From Zootoca vivipara (Eukaryota), in the NCBI RefSeq assembly GCF_963506605.1, contig NC_083277.1, forward strand, positions 5,518,001 to 5,582,000: a DNA stretch of 64,000 nt. The letters are read 5' to 3'. This document shows positions 1 through 17,599 of this stretch, piece after piece; position 1 is the first letter of the stretch; the number at the start of each line of letters is the position of its first letter. The notes under the pieces were generated by a model. It made no database searches. It saw only the letters and a program-made list of their open reading frames with translations, and had not been told where the DNA came from. The position numbers and the translations under genes are program-made.

Positions 1-601
1 TTTATTCCCAAGTGCTACATTATCATACTCAGGCCTGATCTGAACACAAAAGCACACCAAACTACAAAAAGTGAAGTTGGTAGAGTCTGATTTTTAGCTT
101 CTTTGAAGAGTCTTAGCAAAACACCATTTTGTTAAGGTAGACCCAGCTCTGGTTTGTGGCAGGACAATTACAAAAGCTCCAAGCTCATAGAATCTATGTT
201 CGCAAATGTTCTGCCACAATCCTCTCCATCATCTACACTTCCCAAACAACCGGTACTAGCTATCACTTAGTAGTAGTCATCATAAACCAATTGGCTCATA
301 TTGGAAATTTTCAGGAGCGATAAAGCCACCACAAATTTCAAGACAACTAGGACTACCCTTTTCCATGAGGATGCATTGACAACTCCTGAATCCACCCACT
401 CATACCCCTTGGCAAGCTAATATGTTGACCCATTTCAATCTGGGATCAGAACTTGTTCGGCATGGAGTCAAAGAAGCATTAATAAAAAATAAAATTGTGA
501 AAGGAAGTAGTAATGAATGATGAAAGTAAATGTAGAGTTTGCTTCATTTCAAAAGTCAATCTTTATTTTACGGTTTATTAATGTTTATTTTTGGGGGGTC
601 A

Positions 602-2099
602 GGCTTTTAAAACGAGCCCCCCTGAACTGCTCTGGCTTTTAAAGCGAGCCACCCTGAACTGCTCTGGCTATTAAAACGAGCCCCCCCCTGAACTGCTCTG
701 GCTATTAAAGCGAGCCCCCCTGAACTGCTCTGGATTTTAAAGCGAGCCCCCTGAACTGCTCTGGCTTTCAAAGCGAGCCCCTCTGAACTGCTCTGGCTGT
801 CAAAGCGAGCCCCCCTGAACTGCTCTGGCTTTTGAAGCGAGCCCCCCTGGAATGCTCTGGATTTTACAGCGAGCCCCCCCCCTGAACTGCTCTGGCTTTT
901 AAAGCGACCCCCCCTGAACGGCTCTGGCTTTTAAAGCGAGCCCCCCTGAACTGCTCTGGCTTTTAAAGCGAGCCCCCCTGAACTGCTCTGGCTTTTAAAG
1001 TGAGCCCCCCCTGAACTGCTCTGGCTTTTAAAGCGAGCCCCCCCTGAACTGCTCTGGCTTTTAAAGCGAGCCCCCCTGAACTGCTCTGGCTTTTAAAGCG
1101 AGCCCCCCCCTGAACTGCTCTGGCTTTCAAAGCGAGCCCCCCTGAACTGCTCTGGCTTTTAAAGCGAGCCCCCCTGAACTGCTCTGGCTTTCAAAGCGAG
1201 CCCCCCTGAACTGCTCTGGGTTTTAAAGCGAGCCCCCCTGAACTGCTCTGGCTTTTAAAGCGAGCCCCCCTGAACTGCTCTGGCTTTTAAAGCGACCCCC
1301 CCTGAATGACTGGCTTTTAAAGCGAGCCCCCCTGAACTGCTCTGGCTTTCAAAGCGAGCCCCCCTGAACTGCTCTGGCTTTTACAGTGAGCCCCCCTGAA
1401 CTGCTCTGGCTTTTAAAGCGAGCCCCCCTGAACTGCTCTGGCTTTTAACGCGAGCCCCCCCTGAACTGCTCTGGCTTTTAAAGCGAGCCCCCCCTGAACT
1501 GCTCTGGCTTTTAAAGCGAGCCCCCCCTGAACTGCTCTGGCTTTTAAAGCGAGCCCCCCCTCAAATGCTCTGGCTTTTAAAGTGAGCCCCCCCTGAACTG
1601 CTCTGGCTTTTAAAGCGAGCCCCCCTGAACGGCTCTGGCTTTTAAAGCGACCTCCCTGAACGGCTCTGGCTTTTAAAGCGAGCCCCCCTGAACTGCTCTG
1701 GCTTTTAAAGCGAGCCCCCCTGAACTGCTCTGGCTTCTAAAGCGAGCCCCCCCTGAACTGCTCTGGCTTTTAAAGCGAGCCCCCCCTGAAATGCTCTGGA
1801 TTTTCAAGCGAGCCCCCTGAACTGCTCTGGCTTTTAAAGCGAGCCCCCCTGAACTGCTCTGGCTTTCAAAGCGAGCCCCCATGAACTGCTCTGGCTTTTA
1901 AAGCGAGCCCCCCTGAACTGCTCTGGATTTTAAAGCGAGCCCCCCCCCTGAACTGCTCTGGATTTTAAAGCGAGCCCCCCCCCTGAACTGCTCTGGATTT
2001 TAAAGCGACCCCCCCTGAACGGCTCTGGCTTTTAAAGCGAGCCCCCCTGAACTGCTCTGGCTTTTAAAGCGAGCCCCCCTGAACTGCTCTGGCTTTTAA
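602..2099. repeat. 32-bp minisatellite, ~46 copies, consensus CTGAACTGCTCTGGCTTTTAAAGCGAGCCCCC
   Basis: Directly visible tandem array; period 32 (e.g. TTAAAGCGAG at 931 and 963), varying with C-run length. Confidence 0.97.
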
Positions 2100-2579
2100 T
2101 GCCTACCTTGACCCAGAATCTTGTGTGAATTGTGAATTTGTTTGTGCACTTATGTGAATCTGAGCCTGTTCAATGAGTCAGCTGTTCCTTAAAAGGAGAC
2201 TGTTCCTTAAAAGGTCTCTACAGTGATGGGCCTTTGTATTGTGTGTGTGTGTGTGTGCGCGCGCGCAGTGGGGGTGTGTGCAGGGTACCACCTTCACCCT
2301 CACGCACGCACGCACCCTCCCCTCTCCTCTCCATCCACCCCCCTCCCCTCTGGGAGCAAATGGAGGGGGCACCCCTAAAGTGTGTGTGTGTAATCCCTTT
2401 GTTCTCTGACTAGCAGTATGAATTGTATCATATTTTGTTCTCTTCCACTGCTTATGGCCAAGGTGGGGGGAAGAGAAGTATGTGTGTTGTTGCATTGCTT
2501 TCTCATGTCACCAGACTCAGACCTCCTGCTCTTATTGGATACTTACTAGTTTTTACTGAATTGTCATTTACCTGTTCAC

Positions 2580-3000
2580 CTATTTCACATTTTTAAAGGT
2601 TTCAGAATGACATGTAGTTTCCTGCACCCAGTATTTACTGTTTTAACACAAATAGATATTTTTTAAGAGTTTCTCTGCAGTTCTGCCCTTGCTTTTGACA
2701 GCTGGCTGAACTGTAATTTTGAACTGTAGTTTCCTGCAGCCTTGTATTTCGTTTTTTAACACATTTTCACGTTTTATTCAGGTTTTCAACAGTTCTGACC
2801 TTGCCTTTACAACTGGCTGAACTGAAGTTGTGACCTGTAGTTTTCATGCACCCTGTATTTCATTTTTTAAAACACATTTTCATGTTTTATTCAGGTTTTC
2901 AGCAGTTCTGGCCTTGCCTTTACAACTGGCTGAACTGAAGTTGTGACCTGTAGTTTTCATGCACCCTGTATTTTATTTTTTTAACACATTTTCACGTTTT
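2580..3000. repeat. ~112-bp tandem repeat, ~4 diverged copies
   Basis: Repeated CAGTTCTG.CCTTGC...CTGGCTGAACTG...TGTAGTTT...CACATTTTCA.GTTTTATTCAGG blocks. Confidence 0.85.
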
Positions 3001-4751
3001 GTGAGGGGAGAGTGGTGTGCAGGCAGTGGATGAATTTTGAAATGGGCTAGGAAAAGAATGGAGGAAGGATATTGGTTTGTCATAAGCCCCTCTTGCACAA
3101 CATTCTAAGCAAGTGGGATGAAAGGGGGTCTCACAGCTCCCAATGATCAGTGAACATGTGAGAAGAGTACTGATCAGTGAACATGTGAGAAGAGTACTGC
3201 TGTTATGTGTGGGAATGTACATGAAGGTTTATGTGATGAGGTATGAGGGTGGCAAATGAAGAATGGGATGTTGGGGTTGGAAAAGGTGGGGCTCTTGGAA
3301 GCAGCAGCTACAGTAGTAGACCTGACATTGTGAGGACGTGGGGTACTTTTGAACCTCAGGAGCAAAAGGGGGATAGTGGGATGCAACTGGAGGACAGGCG
3401 GGGGGCAGAAATTTGGAATAATTGGAAGAAAAAGGATGGAAAAGGAATGTGTACACATTTTTAGGGCAATGTCTATCTTCTACACAGATTTGGAGTGTGC
3501 TTTCACAACCCTCCGTGCCCATGTTGCAGAGCACATCTGAGGGGTGACTCCGTCGGCCAAACAGAACGCTGTGGGGCAGGGTTGACGGCCCACCAAGGGG
3601 TTGGCGGCCCGCCAAGCTGCCTGTCATGGCAGAAACAGAGGACGATGAGAGGAGCCTGAAGGTGGCTCTGGTTTGGGGGTATTGGAGGAGTGGACAAAGC
3701 AAACACTTCAGAGGCTGTCATAAAATAGACAGTGGTACTCCCTATTGCCCTGTCCAGAATTTGTTGTTACCCAAAAGCAACCCTGAAAATTGTCACCTTT
3801 TGAAAGAGCACATCAAAGGGTTAACTCCATTGTCCAAGCGAAACACCGTAGAGTGGAGTTGGCAAACATGCCAAGCTGGCCCCCACGGCAGTGTAGAACA
3901 ATGAGAGTTGCCAACCGATGGCTCTAAACCTAATTAAATGACTTGGCTCTGTCAAGCAACCTAGCTCTGTCTGAGCTTTTCCCTATTGCCCTGTTTGCAG
4001 ATATTCCCTAGACCCTCCAATTTTCTCCTGTGGGTCAACAGTGGGCTGGTGGTTGTTGGGGGACATGCATTACATCACCATGTGCAGTCTCTCTGTCGTG
4101 TTTTGTTTCTTTTTCTCCCCAGGTGTGTCCTTGGGCATACCCCTTTGATGGCCTCTGCACCAGCGCACCAGTACACATCTGGCTGAATCTGTGGGTGGAT
4201 GAGCCATTGACACCGCGCTGGCGAGGACTGTTTGCTGTTTTTGCTGACCACAGACTGCAATAGCTGGGGGGTTTGTTCCTTGGATTCATCTTTGGTCTGT
4301 GAGCACCAGGACGTGTGCTTAGGACCAAGACTTTGACTTAGAATTGACTTTGTACCAACAGGATCCCTACGTCACACTCCGGAAGCTGGTTTGCTCTATG
4401 CAGAAGGGGAAGCTTGAGGATTCTTCAATCCTAATCTCCAAATCTAAAAGACTCCCTTATTTTTAGCACCCTCATCCAAATAGGGCAATGGCAATTCTAT
4501 ACATTTTTGGATGTTAGTAGGGGGATTGGCACTGGTCTTATTGGCTAAAAGAAATGGTGCCAACCTTCTACCAAATTTTGATGACTATCTGTATTTAAAT
4601 CCTTCCCAACATAGTCCAAAAACATGGCCCAAAAGCAGTTACTTTTGCAATATCACCAATTGCCTCAGGAGGATCTAACTGAGTTACATAAGTGTCAAGC
4701 TGATCGGTGCGAGTAGTCTCGCACCTTTTAGCTTGAAGTCAAAGTGAGGAA

Positions 4752-5325
4752 TGTAGCAGGGGCCCAAAGGGCCCCAATTAAGTTAATGATGTAATTCCCT
4801 GAAAATCCTGGAATATGCTTATATTAGTGAATTATGGTAACCTGTTGCTTTAGAGAAACTGATGATTCAGCAAGAAGCCGTCCCTACTAGGATAGGTCAG
4901 CTAATACGTAAATCACAAAGAAGCAATTCATAAACTAGAACATAAATTGTTACATCCACACGTAACACAGGTTCCCATACATGCAAACTAACAATATGTA
5001 ACAGATCACAGTAAGAATCAAAGTTTAGTTAGCAACGCTTATTGCGCATGCGTATTAGATTAGGTAATGACGTACGTATTAAATATGAAATGAGGTGATG
5101 AATATTAAATATTAAATGATGTAATGATTTATGTGATTGGTTAAATTGAAATCCTTTGTCTGAAATGTTATAAATACCCCTGCCTGGCCTTTGGGCGGGG
5201 TTCCAGTATTCCGAAAAGATTCGACTGTAACCTTATTGCTTTGCAATAAACATAATGGACTCCTAACTCCTCTTGTCTCTGAGTTTTATTGGCTAACTCA
5301 GAAGATAAGTCATTTTTGGCTTACA
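4752..5325 (+). mobile_element. 3' LTR (574 bp)
   Basis: TGTA...TACA termini, preceded by a purine tract. Internal ATTGG (5136), TATAAA (5169), GC box (~5193) and AATAAA (5245) are in U3-R-U5 order. No TGG primer-binding site follows, so it is the 3' LTR. Confidence 0.8.
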
Positions 5326-5537
5326 GCAAGACAACTGTAACCTTTGGGTCTGACTGTTACCTGTCTCTCACTTTGCTGGTGTTTGAAGCTCATTCTGTCT
5401 GTGACATCATACACTGATGTCACAATGATACATCTGCATTCATCCACGGTAACATCACTGGCCAATAAACTCCTGCGACTAGATCACCAGCAGCCTGGCT
5501 CTCCAGCAAGCTTGATGTTTTAGTTCATAGCCTGAGC

Positions 5538-6266
5538 ATGAAGAATAATATGGAGATCATCAGGGGGGTTGGGCTGAGTGTTCACCAGTGTGCAGATGAC
5601 ACCCAGCTCTACCTCTCTTTTAAATCGGAACCATTGAAGGGGGTGAATGTCCTGTGTGAGTGTCTCGAGGCATTTATTGGATGGATGACAGCTAACGGAT
5701 TGAGGATGAATCCTGACAAGGCAGAAGTACTGTTTTTGGGAGACAGGAGTGCGGGTGAGGGCGGGGCTGGTCTTGAATGGGGTAACTGTGCCCCTGAAGG
5801 ACCAGCTGCGCAGCTTGGGAGTCATTTTGGACTGACAGCTGTCCATGGAGGCACTGGTTAATCCTGCCTACCAGCTGCATCTGGTACACAAGCTGAGATC
5901 TTACCTGCCTGCAATTCAAAGTGTTGGTTTGGACCTTTAAAGCCCTAAACGACTTTGGCCCAGTAAATCTGAAGGAGTGCCTCCACTCCCATTCCTCAGC
6001 TCCAGCTCTGAGGGCCTTCTGGCAGTTCCCTCACTGCGAGAAGCAAAGTTACATGGTACTAGGCAGAGGGCCTTCTCGGTAGTGGCACCCTCCCTGTGGA
6101 TCGCCCTCCTTTCAGATGTCAAGGAGATAATGAACTATATAACTTTTAGAAGATATCTGAAGGCAGCCCTGTATTGGGAAGTTTTTAATATTTGATGTTT
6201 TACTATGCTTTTATATATACTGTAAGTCACCCTGAGTTGCTGGGGAACCAAATGGGCAGGGTTATA
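5538..6266 (+). mobile_element. L2-clade LINE, 5'-truncated and decayed (RT C-terminal part and 3' tail)
   Basis: HQCADDTQLYLSF (YADD-like RT motif), WMTANGLRMNPDK and RAFSVVAPSLW are typical of L2 ORF2. Confidence 0.85.
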
Positions 6267-6490
6267 CAGTGGTCCCTCGACTTACGAAATTAATCCGTTC
6301 CGAATGCACATTCGTAGGTCAAAAAGTTTGTAAGTTGAAAAAGCGGTTTTTCCCATAGGAATGCATTGGGGGGGGGAAATATTCGGAAAAATTTGTAAGT
6401 CGAGGAAACCGCAACTAAAACCGCTAATTGTTTCCATTCGGATGTCGTAACTTTCGGATGTCGAGTAGTTCGTAAGTCGAGGGACCACTG
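6267..6490. mobile_element. Tc1/mariner (Tigger-like) MITE
   Basis: TIRs CAGTGGTCCCTCGACTTACGAA / TTCGTAAGTCGAGGGACCACTG with TA target duplication; inserted into the L2 tail. Confidence 0.9.
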
Positions 6491-7140
6491 TAAATATTAA
6501 AATTGTTGTTGTTGTGTTTATAAAATCTGCTCTTAGTATTTAAGAAAATCAAGGAAAACCCAGGTGCTGTTTCATTTATTTTAGACTTCCAGTGGGTCTA
6601 TAATCTTGTTTTGTTTTTAATGTGCTCCTGAAGCTTTAGCATGAGAGACAGAATTACCAGTCGGAAAGCTTCTACCAGCATGCAAATATAGTGATGGTGG
6701 TGGAATATTTGCTTGCTGCAACTGGCTCCTTTCATGAAGCAGAATGTGTATATTGGATGCAGACACTGTTTAACTATCCAGCAACTCCATTTAAGGCTTG
6801 GTTAGGTTTATAAACTCTGTAGCGTCCCACTAAAAAAATCCAAATCACTTGCTTTCAGACTCCTGCCTGGCTAATTCCATGCTTCAATTGGAGTCATGGC
6901 CCTGCCCTAGAGCATAGAAACAAATTACAAGTATGTAAACATGTGCAGAGTGCTTATAGCCTGAAGTGAGAACAGCTTGGAATAGGTATCACTCCCAGAA
7001 GGTACACTTATTCTGCCCCCCTGCGATTTATTCTCCTGCATGTATGGAAAAAGGATCACTGTTTCCTGTCTGCATTAGGAGTGAGAGGGTTTATCTCACA
7101 GGTCTTTCCTCAGCAGAAATGGGCAATGTAACATAAAAGG

Positions 7141-7440
7141 ATTCTGAAGGAAATCAGCCCTGAGTGCTCACTGGAAGGACAGATCGTGAAGCTGAGGCTC
7201 CAATACTTTGGCCACATCATGAGAAGAGAAGACTCCCTGGAAAAGACCCTGATGTTGGGAAAGATTGAGGGCACAAGGAGAAGGGGACGACAGAGGATGA
7301 GATGGTTGGACAGTGTTCTCGAAGCTACCAACATGAGTTTGACCAAACTGTGGGAGGCAGTGCAAGACAGGAGTGCCTGGCGTGCTATGGTCCATGGGGT
7401 CACGAAGAGTCGGACACGACTAAACGACTAAACAACAACA
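7141..7440 (+). mobile_element. BovB (RTE) LINE 3' fragment
   Basis: ORF LRLQYFGHIMRREDSLEKTLMLGKIEG...HGVTKSRTRLND, (CAA)n tail, flanking AACATAAAA duplication. Confidence 0.92.
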
Positions 7441-7504
7441 TAAAAACATGTTGGACTTAATGTATGTGGGTTGTTTTGTCAGCGTTCTTGGGGTTGGCTT
7501 AGGC

Positions 7505-8523
7505 CAGTGTTTTTCAACCTTTTTTGGGCAAAGGCACACTTGTTTCATGAAAAAAAATCACGAGGCACACCACCATTAGAAAATGTTAAAAAATTTAACT
7601 CTGTGCCTATATTATTGAGGTTATTAGCTGCTTGAGGTTATTATTGAGGTTATTATTGAGGTTTTAGCTGCTTGTCCACACACTGGAATCCCCAAATAGC
7701 TGCAGCTTCCTAGCATGTGCCCGCAACAGTGGTATTTCCATTTATAATAAGGTCAGGGGACTTCAACTCAAACCCAAAATGGGAGGGGCTTCCCAAGGTG
7801 TAAAGTGACCCTCAACAGCATCAAGACTGACCGGGGGTGTGTGTTGCAATATACATTTCTGATACCTTTAATATTTTGAAGAATTTTGTCTGCTTATGAA
7901 AACTGAAATTAGCAATTGGGGGTGGCTGGGACTGGGTGCAAGTAATTATCTTTGCCTGGGGCACAAGATAGCCTGGCACTGGGGCACTACACCCATACAC
8001 AAAGCTGGATGCATGTGCGCCATGGCTGGCAGCATCTTCCTGCCTCATAAACATAACGATCCGAGATCACTCATGAACTCCCCCACCCCACAACTCCACG
8101 GCCTCCCTCCCCGCCTGTCACTTTCGCACGACATCGGGGCTGTAAGGCGACAAGGTCAGGCAAGAGCAGCCTAGCTGCGCCCAAAGACCCGCCCGTCGCT
8201 CGGGCGGCGGATGGGCATCGTTTCTCGCTGCCAGGGGCCCACGCTCGCTCCTCGAGGTGCCCTCGATGACCCTGCGCGCTGGGAGGTTCGGAGGGGCCTT
8301 CCCGTCGGAGGTCACGCAGGGTCTTCCCGCTCCACGCTGGCCCATTAGGCAGCCCTGCCCGCAAAGCCAGCGCCCGCCGCCCGCGCTCAGCCAGCCAGCC
8401 AGCCAGGGATCCTGCAGGTGCGACGCGGCGGCTTGCCGCCCCACCGCCATCTTTTCTTCACGCACACCAGGCAACATCTCGCGGCACACTAGTGTGCCGC
8501 GAAACAGTGGTTGAAAAACACTG
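7505..8523. mobile_element. Non-autonomous hAT (Charlie-like) DNA transposon
   Basis: TIRs CAGTGTTTTTCAACC / GGTTGAAAAACACTG; 8-bp TSD GCTTAGGC/GCTTAGGG; subterminal palindrome GCGGCACACTAGTGTGCCGC (8481-8500). Confidence 0.88.
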
Positions 8524-9639
8524 GCTTAGGGTATGGTTGTTCATTTGTGCTTGGCTGTGGTGGTCTTTGTTTCGTGTGTGAGTGTGCAATGTCTCAACAA
8601 AAGAAACTGACTTGTAAAAATGGTATGAGAGACATTGCACATATTTTTGTAAATCAAGAAAATCTTTAATTAAAAAAAACATGTTGGACACAGTAAGGCA
8701 ACCGAAAGGTTTTCAAAACTTTATTGTGTCCATTCAAAAGTTAAAAAGAAAGTTTAAAAGAGAGATCGATCTATATATATATGCATGCTTAATCATTATT
8801 GGCATTTTAATCCTGCTCCACAAGTAAGCTCCCAAGATTGACTCACAAATATCAAGAAGACAGATGCTGCCCTCGGCTCACAATCTAAGAGACGCAACAC
8901 AAAGGTGGACTGGGAGGGAAAAGGGAAACAGCAAGTTCAGGCACCCACCCATTCTTAGTCTCTCAGGAGAGCCAATGTAAAGGCCATGTAGTCTCACCTC
9001 TCCTATACCCTGATGAAACAGCTGCTGAGTAAGTCCATTTATTAGGAATATCAAGTGCCGATAAACGTAGGTTATTTGTGTTTCAAAGACCAGCTGGACT
9101 TGGGCACCTAACAAGCTCATCAGCTGCATATTCCTGCGTTGCAGAAGGTTGGACTAGATGATCCTCAGGGTCCCTTCAAACTCTACGATTCAATGATTCT
9201 ATTGCAAGCAGTGACAGTCCCATCTAATCAGAAGATCCTTGAGAAATGGAACACCAGGTTCCTCCCACAGGATCATCTGCAGACACCAGAACATCTGATG
9301 ATCCTTCAGTCTCTTTTCACTTTCACATTAGATCGTTGCAGTAAGTTGCTTTGTAGGTGGCGAGGAGGCGTCCTCCCAGCCCTTTTTGGCTGCAATCCAA
9401 AAGCCCCACTAAACTGAAGGGGAATTCTGAGTACACATGCTAGGATTGCTTTGTTGGCACCACATGAAACTTTTATCCATACACAGATCCTCTCCCTATG
9501 CTAAATGCATAATGACTCTACGGGGGGGCGGGGATGCAGAAATGTTTAAATAGGAGGAAGGACTGCTTTTTCTCTGCCTACATAATATGGACTCCTCTGC
9601 TGGCAGCCCCCTTACCCCGAGCGTAAACCTATTATATTA

Positions 9640-9881
9640 CAGTGGAACCTCAGTTTTCGAACATCTCCCTTGACAAATGTTTCTGTTTGCGGACGCCGTA
9701 AACCTGGAAATAAATGCTTCGATTTTCTAACACGCCTTGGAAGTCGAACATGCCACTCAGCTTCCACTGAGTGCAAGATCCTGAGGCCTAGCTGTTGACT
9801 GCCGAGTGTTCGGTTTTCGAACGTTTCAGAACTCAAATGGTATTCTGGAACGGATTACATTTGAAAACCAAGGTACCACTG
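9640..9881. mobile_element. Tc1/mariner (Tigger-like) MITE
   Basis: TA|CAGTGGAACCTC ... AGGTACCACTG|TA termini. Confidence 0.8.
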
Positions 9882-10235
9882 TATCTTCTTTTCTAGCATA
9901 ATTGTGTCCTGCCCCTCCTTGTGGTATTGGGAAATGGCGTCACATGGTAGTATTGAGGTTTATCTCTTGCTGTGAGGAGGTGACATTAATATTTTAATGT
10001 GTTGCAAAACACTTTGATTTTCTTTTCCCCTTAAAACTATAAAGCGGCATAGAAATGAAATTAATAATAATAATAATAACAATAATAATAATAAGAGCTG
10101 CATTAAAGTTTAACAATATTTGTGCATCGATATAGCTAACAGTGACAGAAGCTCTTTCCGCACCCCAAGTATTTATCGGGGAAGGGAGGGGAAGCGCCTG
10201 TCCAATGTGAATTCTCTAGTGCTCCCAAGGTTCGA

Positions 10236-10580
10236 TTAGTCGTTTAGTCATGTCCGACTCTTTGTGACCCCATGGACCAGAGCACGCCAGGCACTCCTGT
10301 CTTCCACCGCCTCCCGCAGTTTGGTCAAACTCATGTTCGTAGCTTCAAGAACACTGTCCAACCATCTCATCCTCTGTCGCCCCTTCTCCTTGTGCCCTCA
10401 ATCTTTCCCAACATCAGGGTCTTTTCCAGGGAGTCTTCTCTTCTCATGAGGTGGCCAAAGTATTGGAGCCTCAGCTTCACGATCTGTCCTTCCAGTGAGC
10501 ACTCAGGGCTGATTTCCTTCAGAATGGATCAGTTTGATCTTCTTGCAGTCCATGGGACTCTCAAGAGTCTCCTCCAGCAC
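10236..10580 (-). mobile_element. BovB LINE 3' fragment in the gene 1 3' UTR
   Basis: Reverse complement of the BovB 3' sequence seen at 7141-7440. Confidence 0.9.
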
Positions 10581-10598
10581 ATAATTGGTTACTCAGTC

Positions 10599-16717
<6,119 letters not shown>

Positions 16718-17599
16718 TGCAGGACTGGGCACAGAAGTCCTTTCTTCAAACTTCACAGGGAGTCGCTCTTGGATCCTGTATCACATGTTCCTTGCAGTCT
16801 TCCCCCCCCCCCCCTGCAGATAAAAGAAAACAACACATTGGGAATCAGAAGCAGGCTTCGATCAAAACATTTTACTGAGAAACATTCCTCAAGTCTCCAA
16901 TGGATTTAACAAAAAAATCATTCTAGGTGGAAAACACTGGTTGAGTCCTGGAAAGGCTTCATTTTATTAGCTGCATTTTTATTCATGCCAGGGGCTAATA
17001 CTGTATGAAGCTTTCTTCACTTGCTTTTTGAAAAAGGGATTTATTAACAAAGAAACAAAAAACAAACGTGCCAACATAACAAGGCAAAAGAAAAAAACAA
17101 AGAATCAAAAATTCTGGAAGCCCTTTAATATTAACAATTTGGATCATTGGTATTCAAGCTTTTGCCAAATTGCCCTTCTTGAAATCAAGATATATCATAA
17201 ACTAAAAGTATCTAAAAGGCAAAGCTCGAATGACTGAGGTTGTTTTTTCCCCATATCGTATATGGTATGTTTTTATATCTTATACAAATATAAAGACACA
17301 TTGTCTATCAGTGCCAACAATATATGCAAAATGCCTGGCTAATTTAAGACAGTATCCAATCTTTCAAACTCACAGGTGGAGATTTTATGAATCTTTTTTA
17401 TTTGTAAATATTTGTATGCATTAAAACTTTGTTATCCTTTTGGAGCTGTGCTGTACAGCATCTTTGTACTTTTGTCCTTCCTGGCTGTGACACTTTACAG
17501 TTTAATTTTTTTTATTTTCGGGGGGGGGGTTATTTCTCATTGTTTTTTTGTGGGGGGTAGGGGTTACTTGCTGCATTCTCCACAAGCTCACAAACAAGA

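Larger units (their letters stand above)
1..4751 (+). mobile_element. 3' internal region of an LTR retroelement/endogenous retrovirus (5' part lies outside the window)
   Basis: Ends in the purine-rich tract AAAGTGAGGAA (4741-4751) directly before an LTR-like TGTA start. Contains stop-interrupted ORF remnants and internal tandem repeats. No gag/pol/env motif recognised, so the left extent is inferred. Confidence 0.5.

Noticed and set aside
421-492. YVDPFQSGIR resembling the L2 RT motif LDPFQSGFR
   Set aside because: Short isolated match with no other RT motifs in frame, so probably chance.
602-2099. CRISPR-like array, and ORF 1673-1882
   Set aside because: The 32-bp units are contiguous with no unique spacers, the context is eukaryotic, and the ORF is just translated repeat.
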